A stretch of DNA of 64,000 bases from positions 1,329 to 65,328 of IMG/VR virus record IMGVR_UViG_3300013426_000035. One strand, 5' to 3'. The DNA comes from a virus (lineage: Duplodnaviria; Caudoviricetes). Made by a program: the position numbers and the translations under genes. The notes under the pieces were generated by a model, which searched no databases, was not told where the DNA came from, and was given only the letters and a program-made list of their open reading frames with translations. This document shows positions 19,088-28,033 of the stretch, piece after piece. The number at the start of each line of letters is the position of its first letter. Within the stretch, counting starts at the first letter, position 1.

Positions 19088-20009
19088 AGAGCTGGCAGAA
19101 ATCGTCAATACTCACCTCGCCAATTTGCAACGTATAGGCGTTAACTGGTCGGGCGATTTGCTGGAACACCTGAAAGAGGTGCAAGCGGAACTGATGGATT
19201 ATGTCCTTTCTGCACAGAAGAGTTTCGGGAGCGCTGGGCTCGATTCCGGCACTAACAAACGCCTGAAAATCATCAAAACGAAAATAGAATCCCTGTTGAA
19301 TCAAGCGTATTCGCAGGGATACGATACTATCAGCACGCAAGCGACTGGATTGGCTGAAAATGAGGCTAAACACGCAGCAAGTCTTGTTCGGGCGATGGCT
19401 GGAACGGCGGTTGCGCAGGTTGGAAAGCGGACGGTTGAAAACATCGTGAAATACGGGCGTTTTAATGGCTTGACGCTTGCGGAAATGTTCAACTCGATGT
19501 CGGTAAAGGATGCGGACAAAATCTACACCACAGTAGCTAAAAACATCCTTTCCGGCTCCACACCTCAAAGTCTGAAAAAAGCGGTCCAGCACGTGTTTGA
19601 TGTATCGAATTATACGGCTAAAACGGTCGGTTTGACGTGCGCAAATGGCATATCAAACGACGCGCGGCTTGCCACTTTTGCACAAAACGACGATGTCGTT
19701 AAAGGCATTGAGATACTTAACACGCTTGATGGGAGGACATGCTTAGCAAGGGGGCAATTAATACAAACTCCGAATGGTGAAAAGCCTATTGAGACGGTTA
19801 AAACTGGTGACTTTGTGATTGGGGGGAGTAGAAACAGGCGAAGGGTGCTTGGAACGTCCACGAAGAAAGTGAAACAGATTGTTGTTGTTACTCTTTCAAA
19901 CGGTGAAAAGATAAGATGCACAGCAGACCATTTATTCCTGACGAAAAACAAGGAGTGGAAAGATGCAGGAAAACTTAGAATTGGTGAAAAACTCGCAGAA
20001 AGTCTTTAA
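19065..20009 (+). CDS. MuF/gp7 head morphogenesis protein N-part fused to split-intein N-half (IntN 19740-20006)
   Basis: ...TLDGRT|CLARGQLIQTPNG...CTADHLF...LRIGEKLAESL*; Cys1 and block B TxxH. Confidence 0.9.
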   Translation: MATKRTLEELAEIVNTHLANLQRIGVNWSGDLLEHLKEVQAELMDYVLSAQKSFGSAGLDSGTNKRLKIIKTKIESLLNQAYSQGYDTISTQATGLAENEAKHAASLVRAMAGTAVAQVGKRTVENIVKYGRFNGLTLAEMFNSMSVKDADKIYTTVAKNILSGSTPQSLKKAVQHVFDVSNYTAKTVGLTCANGISNDARLATFAQNDDVVKGIEILNTLDGRTCLARGQLIQTPNGEKPIETVKTGDFVIGGSRNRRRVLGTSTKKVKQIVVVTLSNGEKIRCTADHLFLTKNKEWKDAGKLRIGEKLAESL

Positions 20010-20793
20010 ATGTCTTGTTTGTGGTAAGACTTTTTGTGACAAAAAACACGCTAAACGTAAATATTGCTCTCCGGAGTGTCAACATAAAGGCAGGCGAAAA
20101 AGATGCGGTGTGACATGTCATTGGTGCGGTAAAAAGTTCAAGGCAACTGACGATGAAAATTTTTTCTGCTCTAGGCAATGCTATGATTCGTTTCGGGCAG
20201 AAAAAATAAAGCAAAGAATGCGTCCTTGTAAAGTGTGCGGTACTATGTTTGACCCAACTAAACATGAGGCAGATTATTGCTCTAATGAATGTTGGAGAAG
20301 AGACCAAACCGCAAAACTTTTGCGTTTTTGTGTTGTGTGTGGGCAAATGTTTGTTCCGTGGAAGGGTGATGTTTTTCATGATATGCCGATTGCGTGTTCT
20401 TCAAAATGTTTGGAGATATATTCCAAACAGCAAGAAGAAATTAGGCGTAAAAAAATATCTTTGGCGTTTCGCGGTGTTAATCATCCAGCATGGCTTGGCG
20501 GGAAACAAAATTGGAGAGGTGAAAACTGGAAATGGCAGAGAAGTGCTGCTCTAAAAAGAGATGGTTATAAATGTTGCTCTTGCGGAATATCCAACAAGGC
20601 ACATAAAAAGAAATACAAGAGCTCTCTAGAAGTACACCATATAAAGCCATTTCGATTCTTTGGGGATGATTACATGGCGGCTAATGATTTGGAGAATTTA
20701 ATAACGCTTTGCATTAGCTGTCATAAAAAAGCTGAATACGAATACTATAGGAGGCATCCGGATGTTGTACGTCGCAAACATAGAAGTCATTGA
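19963..20793 (+). CDS. free-standing HNH homing endonuclease with Zn-finger repeats
   Basis: RDGYKCCSCG...LEVHHIKP...NLITLCISCH; AAGGAG SD 7 nt upstream; separate frame. Confidence 0.9.
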   Translation: MQENLELVKNSQKVFKCLVCGKTFCDKKHAKRKYCSPECQHKGRRKRCGVTCHWCGKKFKATDDENFFCSRQCYDSFRAEKIKQRMRPCKVCGTMFDPTKHEADYCSNECWRRDQTAKLLRFCVVCGQMFVPWKGDVFHDMPIACSSKCLEIYSKQQEEIRRKKISLAFRGVNHPAWLGGKQNWRGENWKWQRSAALKRDGYKCCSCGISNKAHKKKYKSSLEVHHIKPFRFFGDDYMAANDLENLITLCISCHKKAEYEYYRRHPDVVRRKHRSH

Positions 20794-21379
20794 AGAAGAA
20801 GTAGATGTCTTTGATATTACAGTTGAAACAGACGAATCGTTTATTTGCGCTGGTGCTGTTTTACATAATTGCCCTACATGTGCCCAAATCGGGGGGTTAC
20901 GCTTTGCTGTTGACGCAAAAGATATACCAGTGCTTCCGGTGCATCCGCGCTGTCGTTGCTGTTATATCCCTGTTACTGTGCTCTCTGATATGTCAGAGGT
21001 TACCAGACCTGCCGCGAATGCTGATTTTATGACAGAGGCAAAACGGGCGTATGAGGCAAAATATCCCGACAAAAACTGGAATAATTTGGCTGAAAGCTCG
21101 AAGAAGCGCTATTATCATCAGGCAATACACGCGTATGAGGAGCGCACGGGAAAACCAGCATTCCGGCAAGTGTCAGGCTCTATGACTTTTGCGGAATATT
21201 TTGAATCTCAAAGCGAGCAGTTCAAGCGGGATTGGCTAAAGCCTACTAGATACAGATTGTACAAAAAAGGTATGCTCTCCCTGAATGACATAATGGACCC
21301 GGCAACAGACCGCCTTTTTACGCTTTCCGAACTCAAAAAGCGCGATATTGACGCTTTCAAAAAGGCTGGGTTGATGTGA
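20762..21379 (+). CDS. split-intein C-half (IntC 20762-20869) fused to MuF/gp7 C-part
   Basis: MLYV...VFDITVETDESFICAGAVLHN|CPTC...PVHPRCRC; AGGAGG SD at 20749-20754. Confidence 0.9.
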   Translation: MLYVANIEVIEEEVDVFDITVETDESFICAGAVLHNCPTCAQIGGLRFAVDAKDIPVLPVHPRCRCCYIPVTVLSDMSEVTRPAANADFMTEAKRAYEAKYPDKNWNNLAESSKKRYYHQAIHAYEERTGKPAFRQVSGSMTFAEYFESQSEQFKRDWLKPTRYRLYKKGMLSLNDIMDPATDRLFTLSELKKRDIDAFKKAGLM

Positions 21380-21471
21380 TAAAAATGGGTTTAGGTTGAC
21401 AACTATCTCCTAGTTTAGAAAGTTGCAAACATGAGGTTTGCGGCTGAAAACAAAACAGGAGTGTGTCAATC

Positions 21472-22182
21472 ATGGGATTGAAATTTAAGGTCGAAAATCT
21501 GAACGATGTAGCAGAGGAACACAAGAAACTTTACACCGAACGCGATGGCGCGTTTTATTTGGATGTCGAAGGGATGCCCTCCGGCAAAACAGATGAAGAT
21601 GTGAAGAAACTGCAAAACGCGCTTGAAAAAGAGCGGAACGACCACAAAGCGGCAAAAGAGAAAATCCGCTCATTTGTGGACGAATTCGGCGATTCAGAAA
21701 GCATTCGGGAGCGGTTTGATGAACTTGAGAACCTCAAGTCAAGCGGCGGCAAGTCTAACGAAGAACTGCTGGATTACAAGAAGCGGCTCCGGGCGACTGA
21801 GAAAGAGCGCGACAGCTACAAGACGCAGTTTGAAGCGCGTCAGAAACGCCTTGACGAACTGGAAGCGGTCGACAAAAGAACGAAAGTGCATGGCAAGCTG
21901 AAAGAAATCGTTGAAGCGCTTGATGCGAAATACGACAAATCCAAAATCTATTCCGTGCTTGAGGACTATGAGGACATGTTTGAGCTCGATGATGTCGGCG
22001 ATCTTGCGCCCTTTAAGGGCAAGGCGCTTAAAGACTGGATTCCAGCAAGAGCAGACCTTTTTAACTTTTACGTTGCCTCAACTCCGGGAGGTTCCAAACC
22101 GGGAAATGGACCTTGCGGCGCTGAAAAAGCCAACGCGTCGGGAGATGTTTTTGAACAGATTGCGGATACGCTCCATGGCTAA
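21472..22182 (+). CDS. capsid scaffolding protein
   Basis: LKFKVENL.DV.E..K.LY.E.DG.FYLDVEG...KLQNALEKER coiled coil; precedes capsid gene. Confidence 0.75.
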   Translation: MGLKFKVENLNDVAEEHKKLYTERDGAFYLDVEGMPSGKTDEDVKKLQNALEKERNDHKAAKEKIRSFVDEFGDSESIRERFDELENLKSSGGKSNEELLDYKKRLRATEKERDSYKTQFEARQKRLDELEAVDKRTKVHGKLKEIVEALDAKYDKSKIYSVLEDYEDMFELDDVGDLAPFKGKALKDWIPARADLFNFYVASTPGGSKPGNGPCGAEKANASGDVFEQIADTLHG

Positions 22183-22232
22183 AACAAACACAAAAAACAA
22201 GAACATACATAACAAAAGAAAGGCTGTAAAGC

Positions 22233-23180
22233 ATGAAAAACAACATGTATGAAGTCGCAGTCGAACTGGCACCGAAGCAGAGCCAGCTTATCGACTACCT
22301 CGTTGAGGATGCTGTAATTGTGAAGGAAATCCCCTTTCAGGCGGCAACTCATGGAATCAAGAACGTTTTCGAACGCGTGAAGGACGTTACGGGTCCCACT
22401 CTGGTTGACCTTGACGCGCCGCTTCCTCTCGTTACCGCTCTCACGGAGCTGGGCGAAACTCCGCTTTTCAAAATTGGCGGCAAGCTCGAAATCGGTAAGG
22501 ATAAAGCGGAGGCAATGCGCGGAAAGACTGAGTATCTCCGCCGCCGTCTTCCGGCTATCCTCAAGCTCGCTGGCTCCTCGCTTGACAAGGCTATCTACTA
22601 TGATGTCATGCTCAAGCGTGCGATGGAAATGAAGCGCGTCAAGTCCTGCACCGCGTCTGTTACTGACACAAGCGAGAAAAAGTACTACTCTATGGTCGCT
22701 ATCCGCTGGTCCGCTGGTGAAAACTGTGGTCTGTACAACGACAATCGCACGAACGGAAGCGCGGAAGGCTCGTTTTTCACCACGGATAACCTCTGGGGAG
22801 GCAATCTCGGCACGCTTTCCGGCGGTGAAACCGGATGGGCAATCGACGTTACCTCGATGATTGGACTCCAGCTCGAAAATCCCAAATACATCATGGGTTT
22901 TGTCAACATCACGGAAGACAATCTGCCCTCTTACGCGGATCTTATCGGAATCGCCAATGGCGTGCGTGGAAATGGCACGAATGCCCGAATTTACGCATCC
23001 CCGGAACTGGCTGATATTCTCGCTTCCAAATACAGCCGCGCGGCGGGCGACAACTCCTTCAGTTCGCTTGTCACTGTTGATACGGAAGGCAACGTCCGAA
23101 TCAAAGGTATTCCGGTCGTGGGAGACTACAACATCCTCCCCGGAACTGAGGCTGGAATTCTCACTTCTACCCTTGCTTGA
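22233..23180 (+). CDS. major capsid protein
   Basis: Position after scaffold; 315 aa; C-terminal IKGIPVV typical of HK97-fold coats. Confidence 0.7.
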   Translation: MKNNMYEVAVELAPKQSQLIDYLVEDAVIVKEIPFQAATHGIKNVFERVKDVTGPTLVDLDAPLPLVTALTELGETPLFKIGGKLEIGKDKAEAMRGKTEYLRRRLPAILKLAGSSLDKAIYYDVMLKRAMEMKRVKSCTASVTDTSEKKYYSMVAIRWSAGENCGLYNDNRTNGSAEGSFFTTDNLWGGNLGTLSGGETGWAIDVTSMIGLQLENPKYIMGFVNITEDNLPSYADLIGIANGVRGNGTNARIYASPELADILASKYSRAAGDNSFSSLVTVDTEGNVRIKGIPVVGDYNILPGTEAGILTSTLA

Positions 23181-23203
23181 CGCAAGAGAAAGGTTAGGTA
23201 AAA

Positions 23204-23632
23204 ATGAACGACATTGGAACTCTCGAAAACATCAAGGAAGGTCCGTTTTTCTATCATGACGCGCCTTTTCGCGACAAGGCACTTGGCAACGCCGGAGCCA
23301 TCGAATCCGGAACGTTTGACATGGCTTGCACGCAGGGAGCACTGAAAATCATGCTCTTTGCGATTACGGGCGCAACCGTGGCGGCAAGCAAAACAGTCAA
23401 AGTTGACCTGCTCGGAAGCGACAAAGAGGATGGTACGTACACTGTCTACAAGACTGTTACGATTACTGGCGCGGAAACGACCGGAACTGCAATTACTGCT
23501 GACGAAAAACAGCCGCTTGTGCAGTTTATCCCTGAACCGGACGCTCCGAAGTACGGCAAGCTCAAAATCACCACTGACAGCAATCTTTCCGCTGTCAAGG
23601 TGACTGCGAAAATCGGGTATATTGCCCGATAA
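23204..23632 (+). CDS. probable capsid decoration/cement protein
   Basis: Beta-rich 142 aa ORF directly after the capsid gene. Confidence 0.5.
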   Translation: MNDIGTLENIKEGPFFYHDAPFRDKALGNAGAIESGTFDMACTQGALKIMLFAITGATVAASKTVKVDLLGSDKEDGTYTVYKTVTITGAETTGTAITADEKQPLVQFIPEPDAPKYGKLKITTDSNLSAVKVTAKIGYIAR

Positions 23633-23706
23633 GCCGGAAGCGGGCGGCGATAACATCAAAGCCCGCAAATCTCTTTACAAAACGATTTTCAGGAGGCAAC
23701 AAAAAC

Positions 23707-24075
23707 ATGTATTTCAAACTCTGTCAGAATTGCGACCGCTTTTTTTACTCTTCTGCGGCGTTTTCCGCGCACAAATGCAATGACCCTGATTGCGATGTGG
23801 GCGCGCCTGTAAAAGCGCGTGAAGCGGCTGGGAATGCCGAAAAAGACGGGAAGACAGAACCTGCTCCGGCTCCGGTTCCCCCGGCTGAAAGCGCACCGTC
23901 TGCGGTTGATGAAAAGAAGCTCCGCAATCGCGTGCTGATTGCCATTAAAAAGCGCCTTGCGGACAAGGGTATTGACTGTCAGACACTCAAGATGGAACAG
24001 GCGAAAGCGCGGTATATCGAAGAATTCGGCAAGCGCGATTTTGACAACCTAGAAAAGGCAATCAGAGGGGTGTAA
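23707..24075 (+). CDS. hypothetical head-region protein
   Basis: AGGAGG SD; N-terminal CxxC...HxC. Confidence 0.55.
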   Translation: MYFKLCQNCDRFFYSSAAFSAHKCNDPDCDVGAPVKAREAAGNAEKDGKTEPAPAPVPPAESAPSAVDEKKLRNRVLIAIKKRLADKGIDCQTLKMEQAKARYIEEFGKRDFDNLEKAIRGV

Positions 24076-24080
24076 AAATC

Positions 24081-24554
24081 ATGGCAGAAACACTCCCTGA
24101 ACTCAAATCCTACTGCTCGAAAGACTGGGCAGACGCGTTTTTTGCGTCCTTTTTGTGGTCTACAAACTGGGATGGCGCGTCAGACAAGCAGAAACTCGCG
24201 GCATTGTGTACAGCGACTAACCTTATCCAGCGTTTCACACTGTTTTACGATGACGCTGGGGAGGCGTTTACATACGACCCCGCCGGAACGCTTGAGATTC
24301 CGGACCTGATCAAAGAGGCAACAGCAAAAGAGGCAATTTACCTTTTGTCGCTTGATGAATCAATCATTGAGCCCAACAGCTTGCTTACAATGGGTATCCA
24401 GTCAGCAAATGGCGTTGTTTTCAACAAGGATTTTCAGGGCGATATTTTGACCATATCCGTTCGCAACTTGATACGCTCGATGGGCGGGGAAATCCTGCCG
24501 GGCGCAAGCGCGGACGACAACGGAGGGATTGTACAGGGCAGAACCTTACGATAA
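24081..24554 (+). CDS. head-tail adaptor/connector
   Basis: SY.S..WADAFF...W...K..AL..AT..I; IP..IKEA pattern; position. Confidence 0.65.
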   Translation: MAETLPELKSYCSKDWADAFFASFLWSTNWDGASDKQKLAALCTATNLIQRFTLFYDDAGEAFTYDPAGTLEIPDLIKEATAKEAIYLLSLDESIIEPNSLLTMGIQSANGVVFNKDFQGDILTISVRNLIRSMGGEILPGASADDNGGIVQGRTLR

Positions 24555-24605
24555 ATCCGTTTTTTGCGGGAATAATGGGCGCCACCTCCTCGCCCTTATG
24601 GTTTC

Positions 24606-24646
24606 GCCCCTGTACCAGTTCTTTATGACAAAACAGGGGCTTTTTT
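24606..24646 (+). terminator. intrinsic terminator
   Basis: GCCCCTGT / ACAGGGGC followed by T6. Confidence 0.65.
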
Positions 24647-24715
24647 ATGGCTTTTTGAGTTCAGGATTGACAATCTTACCTTATGTGTAAAGCGATAAAC
24701 AGGGAGCGTTGAAAT

Positions 24716-25180
24716 ATGGCAAAACTTACACCATTTCAAAAAATCAGTGGGAAACTTGTCAAGGCTAAAGTCTTCCGGAATACTGCAATTTTGAAGTACA
24801 ACTTTAAAACTTACAACTGGGAAACGGGCGAAGACGCAACAACGACGATTGCGCGGGAAATCCAGTGTTACCCACCTGAACAAGTCAATCAGCGGCTTGT
24901 AGATGGTAAAAATTACCTCTCTGAAGACCAAATTATGCGCGTGCCTTACACAGAGGTTTTGAACTCAAGAGCGGCGCAAGACGGCGACCCTGTAATTACC
25001 AATAACGGCAAGACAAAGACGCTCGAAGAAATGCGCCCTTACAACGCAACGACGGGAGGGATTGCAACAACGACTGATACGCTCGAATTTGGCGGCAAGA
25101 CTTACCACATCGCGGCGGTGCGTGGCGATACGTGGATGGACAACGCTCCAGCTGATTACTACTTTACACTGCGTGGGTGA
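24716..25180 (+). CDS. probable head-closure/stopper protein
   Basis: Position; beta-rich; ends YYFTLRG. Confidence 0.5.
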   Translation: MAKLTPFQKISGKLVKAKVFRNTAILKYNFKTYNWETGEDATTTIAREIQCYPPEQVNQRLVDGKNYLSEDQIMRVPYTEVLNSRAAQDGDPVITNNGKTKTLEEMRPYNATTGGIATTTDTLEFGGKTYHIAAVRGDTWMDNAPADYYFTLRG

Positions 25181-25599
25181 TAAACATGGAATTTGACATG
25201 ACAGACCCGGACGGACTGAAGCGATTTGAGGGGAAAGTTAAAAATCGCATTACGCATTTTGCCAAAATCGCAATGGTTGAGGCATTCCGGCGAATCACGA
25301 TTAAAACGCCTGTTGATACAGGTAATGCGCGCTGGAACTGGTGGTGCTCGATTAAAACGATTGACTACAAGTATGACTTGCATAACAGTCTTGTCGTTGA
25401 TTATGGGCGTGCAAATCAAGCCTTTATCAGGGTTAGCGCTGGTGATACGCTCTATATCGCCAATTCAACGCCTTACATCAAAAAATTGAACGAAGGCTGG
25501 AGTAAACAAGCGCCCGCGCGGTTTGTTGAAATGACTGTTGCAGGCGTGGAAAACGACGTAAACAAATACGCAGAACAAGCAATCAGGGAGAATCCGTAA
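25177..25599 (+). CDS. tail completion protein (HK97 gp10-like)
   Basis: KTPVDTGNARWNW...IANSTPYIKKLNEGWSKQAP motif. Confidence 0.8.
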   Translation: MINMEFDMTDPDGLKRFEGKVKNRITHFAKIAMVEAFRRITIKTPVDTGNARWNWWCSIKTIDYKYDLHNSLVVDYGRANQAFIRVSAGDTLYIANSTPYIKKLNEGWSKQAPARFVEMTVAGVENDVNKYAEQAIRENP

Positions 25600-25600
25600 A

Positions 25601-26044
25601 ATGGCGATTGACGACGAGATTATCAGGAACGCAATGCGGGCGCGAATCATCAAGAATAACATCTTTGATGAGAGCGATTTCCAGTTTGAAAACGTGAAAT
25701 TTGACCCGTCGGGTAAAAATTTGTGGGTGCGTGAAACGTGGATTGGCGGCGATGAGGAAATCTACTCAACAGCAAGCACGCGCATAGCGACTGCGCTTGT
25801 TGAGTACGACATTTATGCTAAAGCGGATACTGGGACATTGCGATGTGGGCGGGCAGCGCTGGCAATCGAAAACGAGTTTAACCTGCTGACAGAGGGCGCA
25901 ATTATCACAGTTGCAAACCATCCAGAGCTTGACATTATGGTGTACAAAACGGGCGTAAATACGCGCTCGGAAGATACATGGTATGTCCAGTCTGTCTTGC
26001 TCTATTTGCGCGTGATAAACCGCCCGAATTTAGCGCAAGGTTGA
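25601..26044 (+). CDS. tail terminator protein
   Basis: FENVKFDP...WVRET pattern; position before tail tube. Confidence 0.6.
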   Translation: MAIDDEIIRNAMRARIIKNNIFDESDFQFENVKFDPSGKNLWVRETWIGGDEEIYSTASTRIATALVEYDIYAKADTGTLRCGRAALAIENEFNLLTEGAIITVANHPELDIMVYKTGVNTRSEDTWYVQSVLLYLRVINRPNLAQG

Positions 26045-26189
26045 CAAGGTTTGCTTATATGACTTGATTTTTTTAGAGGGGAGCAGTTCCCACGATTGAT
26101 GCGAAACCTCGCTTTAGTCGCTCCTCTCGATTTTTAGGGAAAACAAGAGATTTTGAACATAAAAACAAGCAAAAGACGGGAGAAAAAAG

Positions 26190-27074
26190 ATGTCTAAAGC
26201 TGATGGAATCGAATCAAGAGCGCTTGATATCAAGGCTGTTTTCAAGGCAACAGGCGATGACGCAATCGCGCTTGAGTGGACAAATGAGGAACTGCCGGGC
26301 GCGGGAGCACCTGAATCGTGGAACATGCTGACAGACCAGCAGCGGATCAAGGAAACAGGCATGGGCGGCGAGATGAACAACGTCACGCTCACTTGTCCCT
26401 TTGATCTTGCGCTTTACAAGAAATTTCTGGGCTACAACCTGAACGGCACGGAGGGTATTCTGACTTTCAGTTCGAAATATACAGAAAAATCCTCCTCCTA
26501 CAAAGTCGGTGTGGGCGCAATCGGCTTTAACTCAAACAACCCGAACAGCGCGTTTGAATTTACAGTCAATTTTATCGTCAAGGACGTTTCCACATCCAGC
26601 GCCGGAACGGCTGATTTTGACACGTCTGCAATCAAAGAAACGCGCGCGCTTGACTGGAAAGTCTCGTTCTCGCTTGAGGCTGGCTCTGAGACCTCTCAGA
26701 CTGCTGTAACTGATACTCAACTTGAGTGGACAAACCTTGCGTTTCCGGGCATGGAAGACCCCGAATCTTGGACGCTCCGGAGTGACAGGAAACTGTACAA
26801 GGAGAGCGGAATCGGCGGCAATTATACGGACGTGCAAGTTACAGTCCCCTACATTGAGGATAACCACGCAAAATACTTGCAGTACAACCGCGACGGGCGG
26901 CAGGGAACACTCACCTACACGCACAAAACAGCTTCCCCGGCGCGCTCAATCTCTTTCAAGGTTGGCTTTGGTGAGGTTGGCAACGCGTCTTCTGCTCCAA
27001 ATGGAGGCATGGAGCACACAATTGGCTTTATCGTCAAATCTTGCGACCAAATCACCAGAGACACGGGCGATTGA
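26190..27074 (+). CDS. major tail tube protein with internal tandem duplication
   Basis: Two roughly 140-aa repeats (LEWTN..PG...PESW...KE.G.GG...FIVK); position before chaperone and tape measure. Confidence 0.65.
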   Translation: MSKADGIESRALDIKAVFKATGDDAIALEWTNEELPGAGAPESWNMLTDQQRIKETGMGGEMNNVTLTCPFDLALYKKFLGYNLNGTEGILTFSSKYTEKSSSYKVGVGAIGFNSNNPNSAFEFTVNFIVKDVSTSSAGTADFDTSAIKETRALDWKVSFSLEAGSETSQTAVTDTQLEWTNLAFPGMEDPESWTLRSDRKLYKESGIGGNYTDVQVTVPYIEDNHAKYLQYNRDGRQGTLTYTHKTASPARSISFKVGFGEVGNASSAPNGGMEHTIGFIVKSCDQITRDTGD

Positions 27075-27156
27075 TACGCGCTGGGAAAACAAGCAAAAAA
27101 ACAACAATCATAAACCATAATCAAACCATAACAAAAACCTAAGGAGGTACACTCAA

Positions 27157-27528
27157 ATGGCTATTGATTTGTCCACAGTAAAGGCGCTGGAAGTCCCCAC
27201 AAAAGAAATCAGCGTCAAGGTCGGCGAAAAGGTGCAGAAACTCACGATTCACCCTTTCAAGGGTCGCGGGCGCGTGGCTCTGCATGAGTTCAATATTGAG
27301 TTTGCGGGCGCGGGCGAACAGCTTGAGACGCTGGCTCTCGTTTATGGCGCTGACATGTCAGAAATTCAGGCAAAATTCCTGCTTGACAATGCTCCGGAAA
27401 CTGCCCTTGAAATCTCTCAGGCGGTGTGGGAATTCAACCACGAATATTCCGCGAAAATCAAGGCAGAGCGTGAGGAGGCAAAAAAAAAATCCGGAACGGC
27501 GGTGACGGAGACGAATACGCCGAACTGA
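27157..27528 (+). CDS. tail assembly chaperone (gpG-like)
   Basis: AAGGAGG SD; A10 run at 27480-27489 near the 3' end. Confidence 0.75.
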   Translation: MAIDLSTVKALEVPTKEISVKVGEKVQKLTIHPFKGRGRVALHEFNIEFAGAGEQLETLALVYGADMSEIQAKFLLDNAPETALEISQAVWEFNHEYSAKIKAEREEAKKKSGTAVTETNTPN

Positions 27529-27950
27529 TTTTGCTCGCCTCAGAATACAAGGATTTAAGCGTCCTTGGGAAGCCGCTCTCGGTCCGTGATGTCATATGGC
27601 TGAGAGCGGCGTCTTTTTGTGAAAAAGAGCTGGAAATCAAGGAAAAAGACAGTCTGCTGAAGCAGGTTGGCACTCTCTACAGCGATATGTACATGCTGGG
27701 TCTGGATTTGCGAACCATGCTTATTGACATTGATAACCTGTCGCGTGCGGAATATACTAACAAGATGTTTGATGAGCGCAACTTGCCTTCCGTCATTGCG
27801 GAGCGCAGGAAATTTATCAAGACGCACCGCAAAAAACGCGCGGACGAATACTCAGACGCTGAGCGGAAAGAACGAGTTGAAGCAGTCCTTACAGGCAAAA
27901 AAACTGTAAAACAGCTCGAAGAGTGGGTTGAAATCGAAGAAGACCTGTGA
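27157..27950 (+). CDS. frameshifted chaperone (gpGT-like) via -1 shift at 27480-27489
   Basis: -1 frame open from the A10 run (KKIRNGGDGDEYAELILLASEY...) to 27950. Confidence 0.7.
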
Positions 27951-27960
27951 TATATTACAG

Positions 27961-28029
27961 CACTCTTCTCCCCCCATAGTGAAGAGTGGCGGGGAGCGCT
28001 CCCCCTCGTTGCGCTCCTCGCTTTTTTTT
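27961..28029. terminator. double hairpin, probable bidirectional terminator
   Basis: CACTCTTC/GAAGAGTG; GCGGGGAGCGC/GCGCTCCTCGC followed by T8. Confidence 0.75.
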
Positions 28030-28033
28030 GTTG

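Noticed and set aside
19963-20793. HNH carried by a group I intron, or a frameshift error in one contiguous intein
   Set aside because: The HNH ORF overlaps both flanking ORFs, leaving no room for a ribozyme core. Three frames, real stops and separate SDs would need two independent errors.
20870-21379. MuF polymorphic toxin extension
   Set aside because: The C-part resembles ordinary gp7 C-termini; no toxin domain or immunity gene is recognisable.
24959-24968. Extra TTGAACTCAA copy
   Set aside because: Inside a coding region, so probably chance; not counted with the intergenic set.
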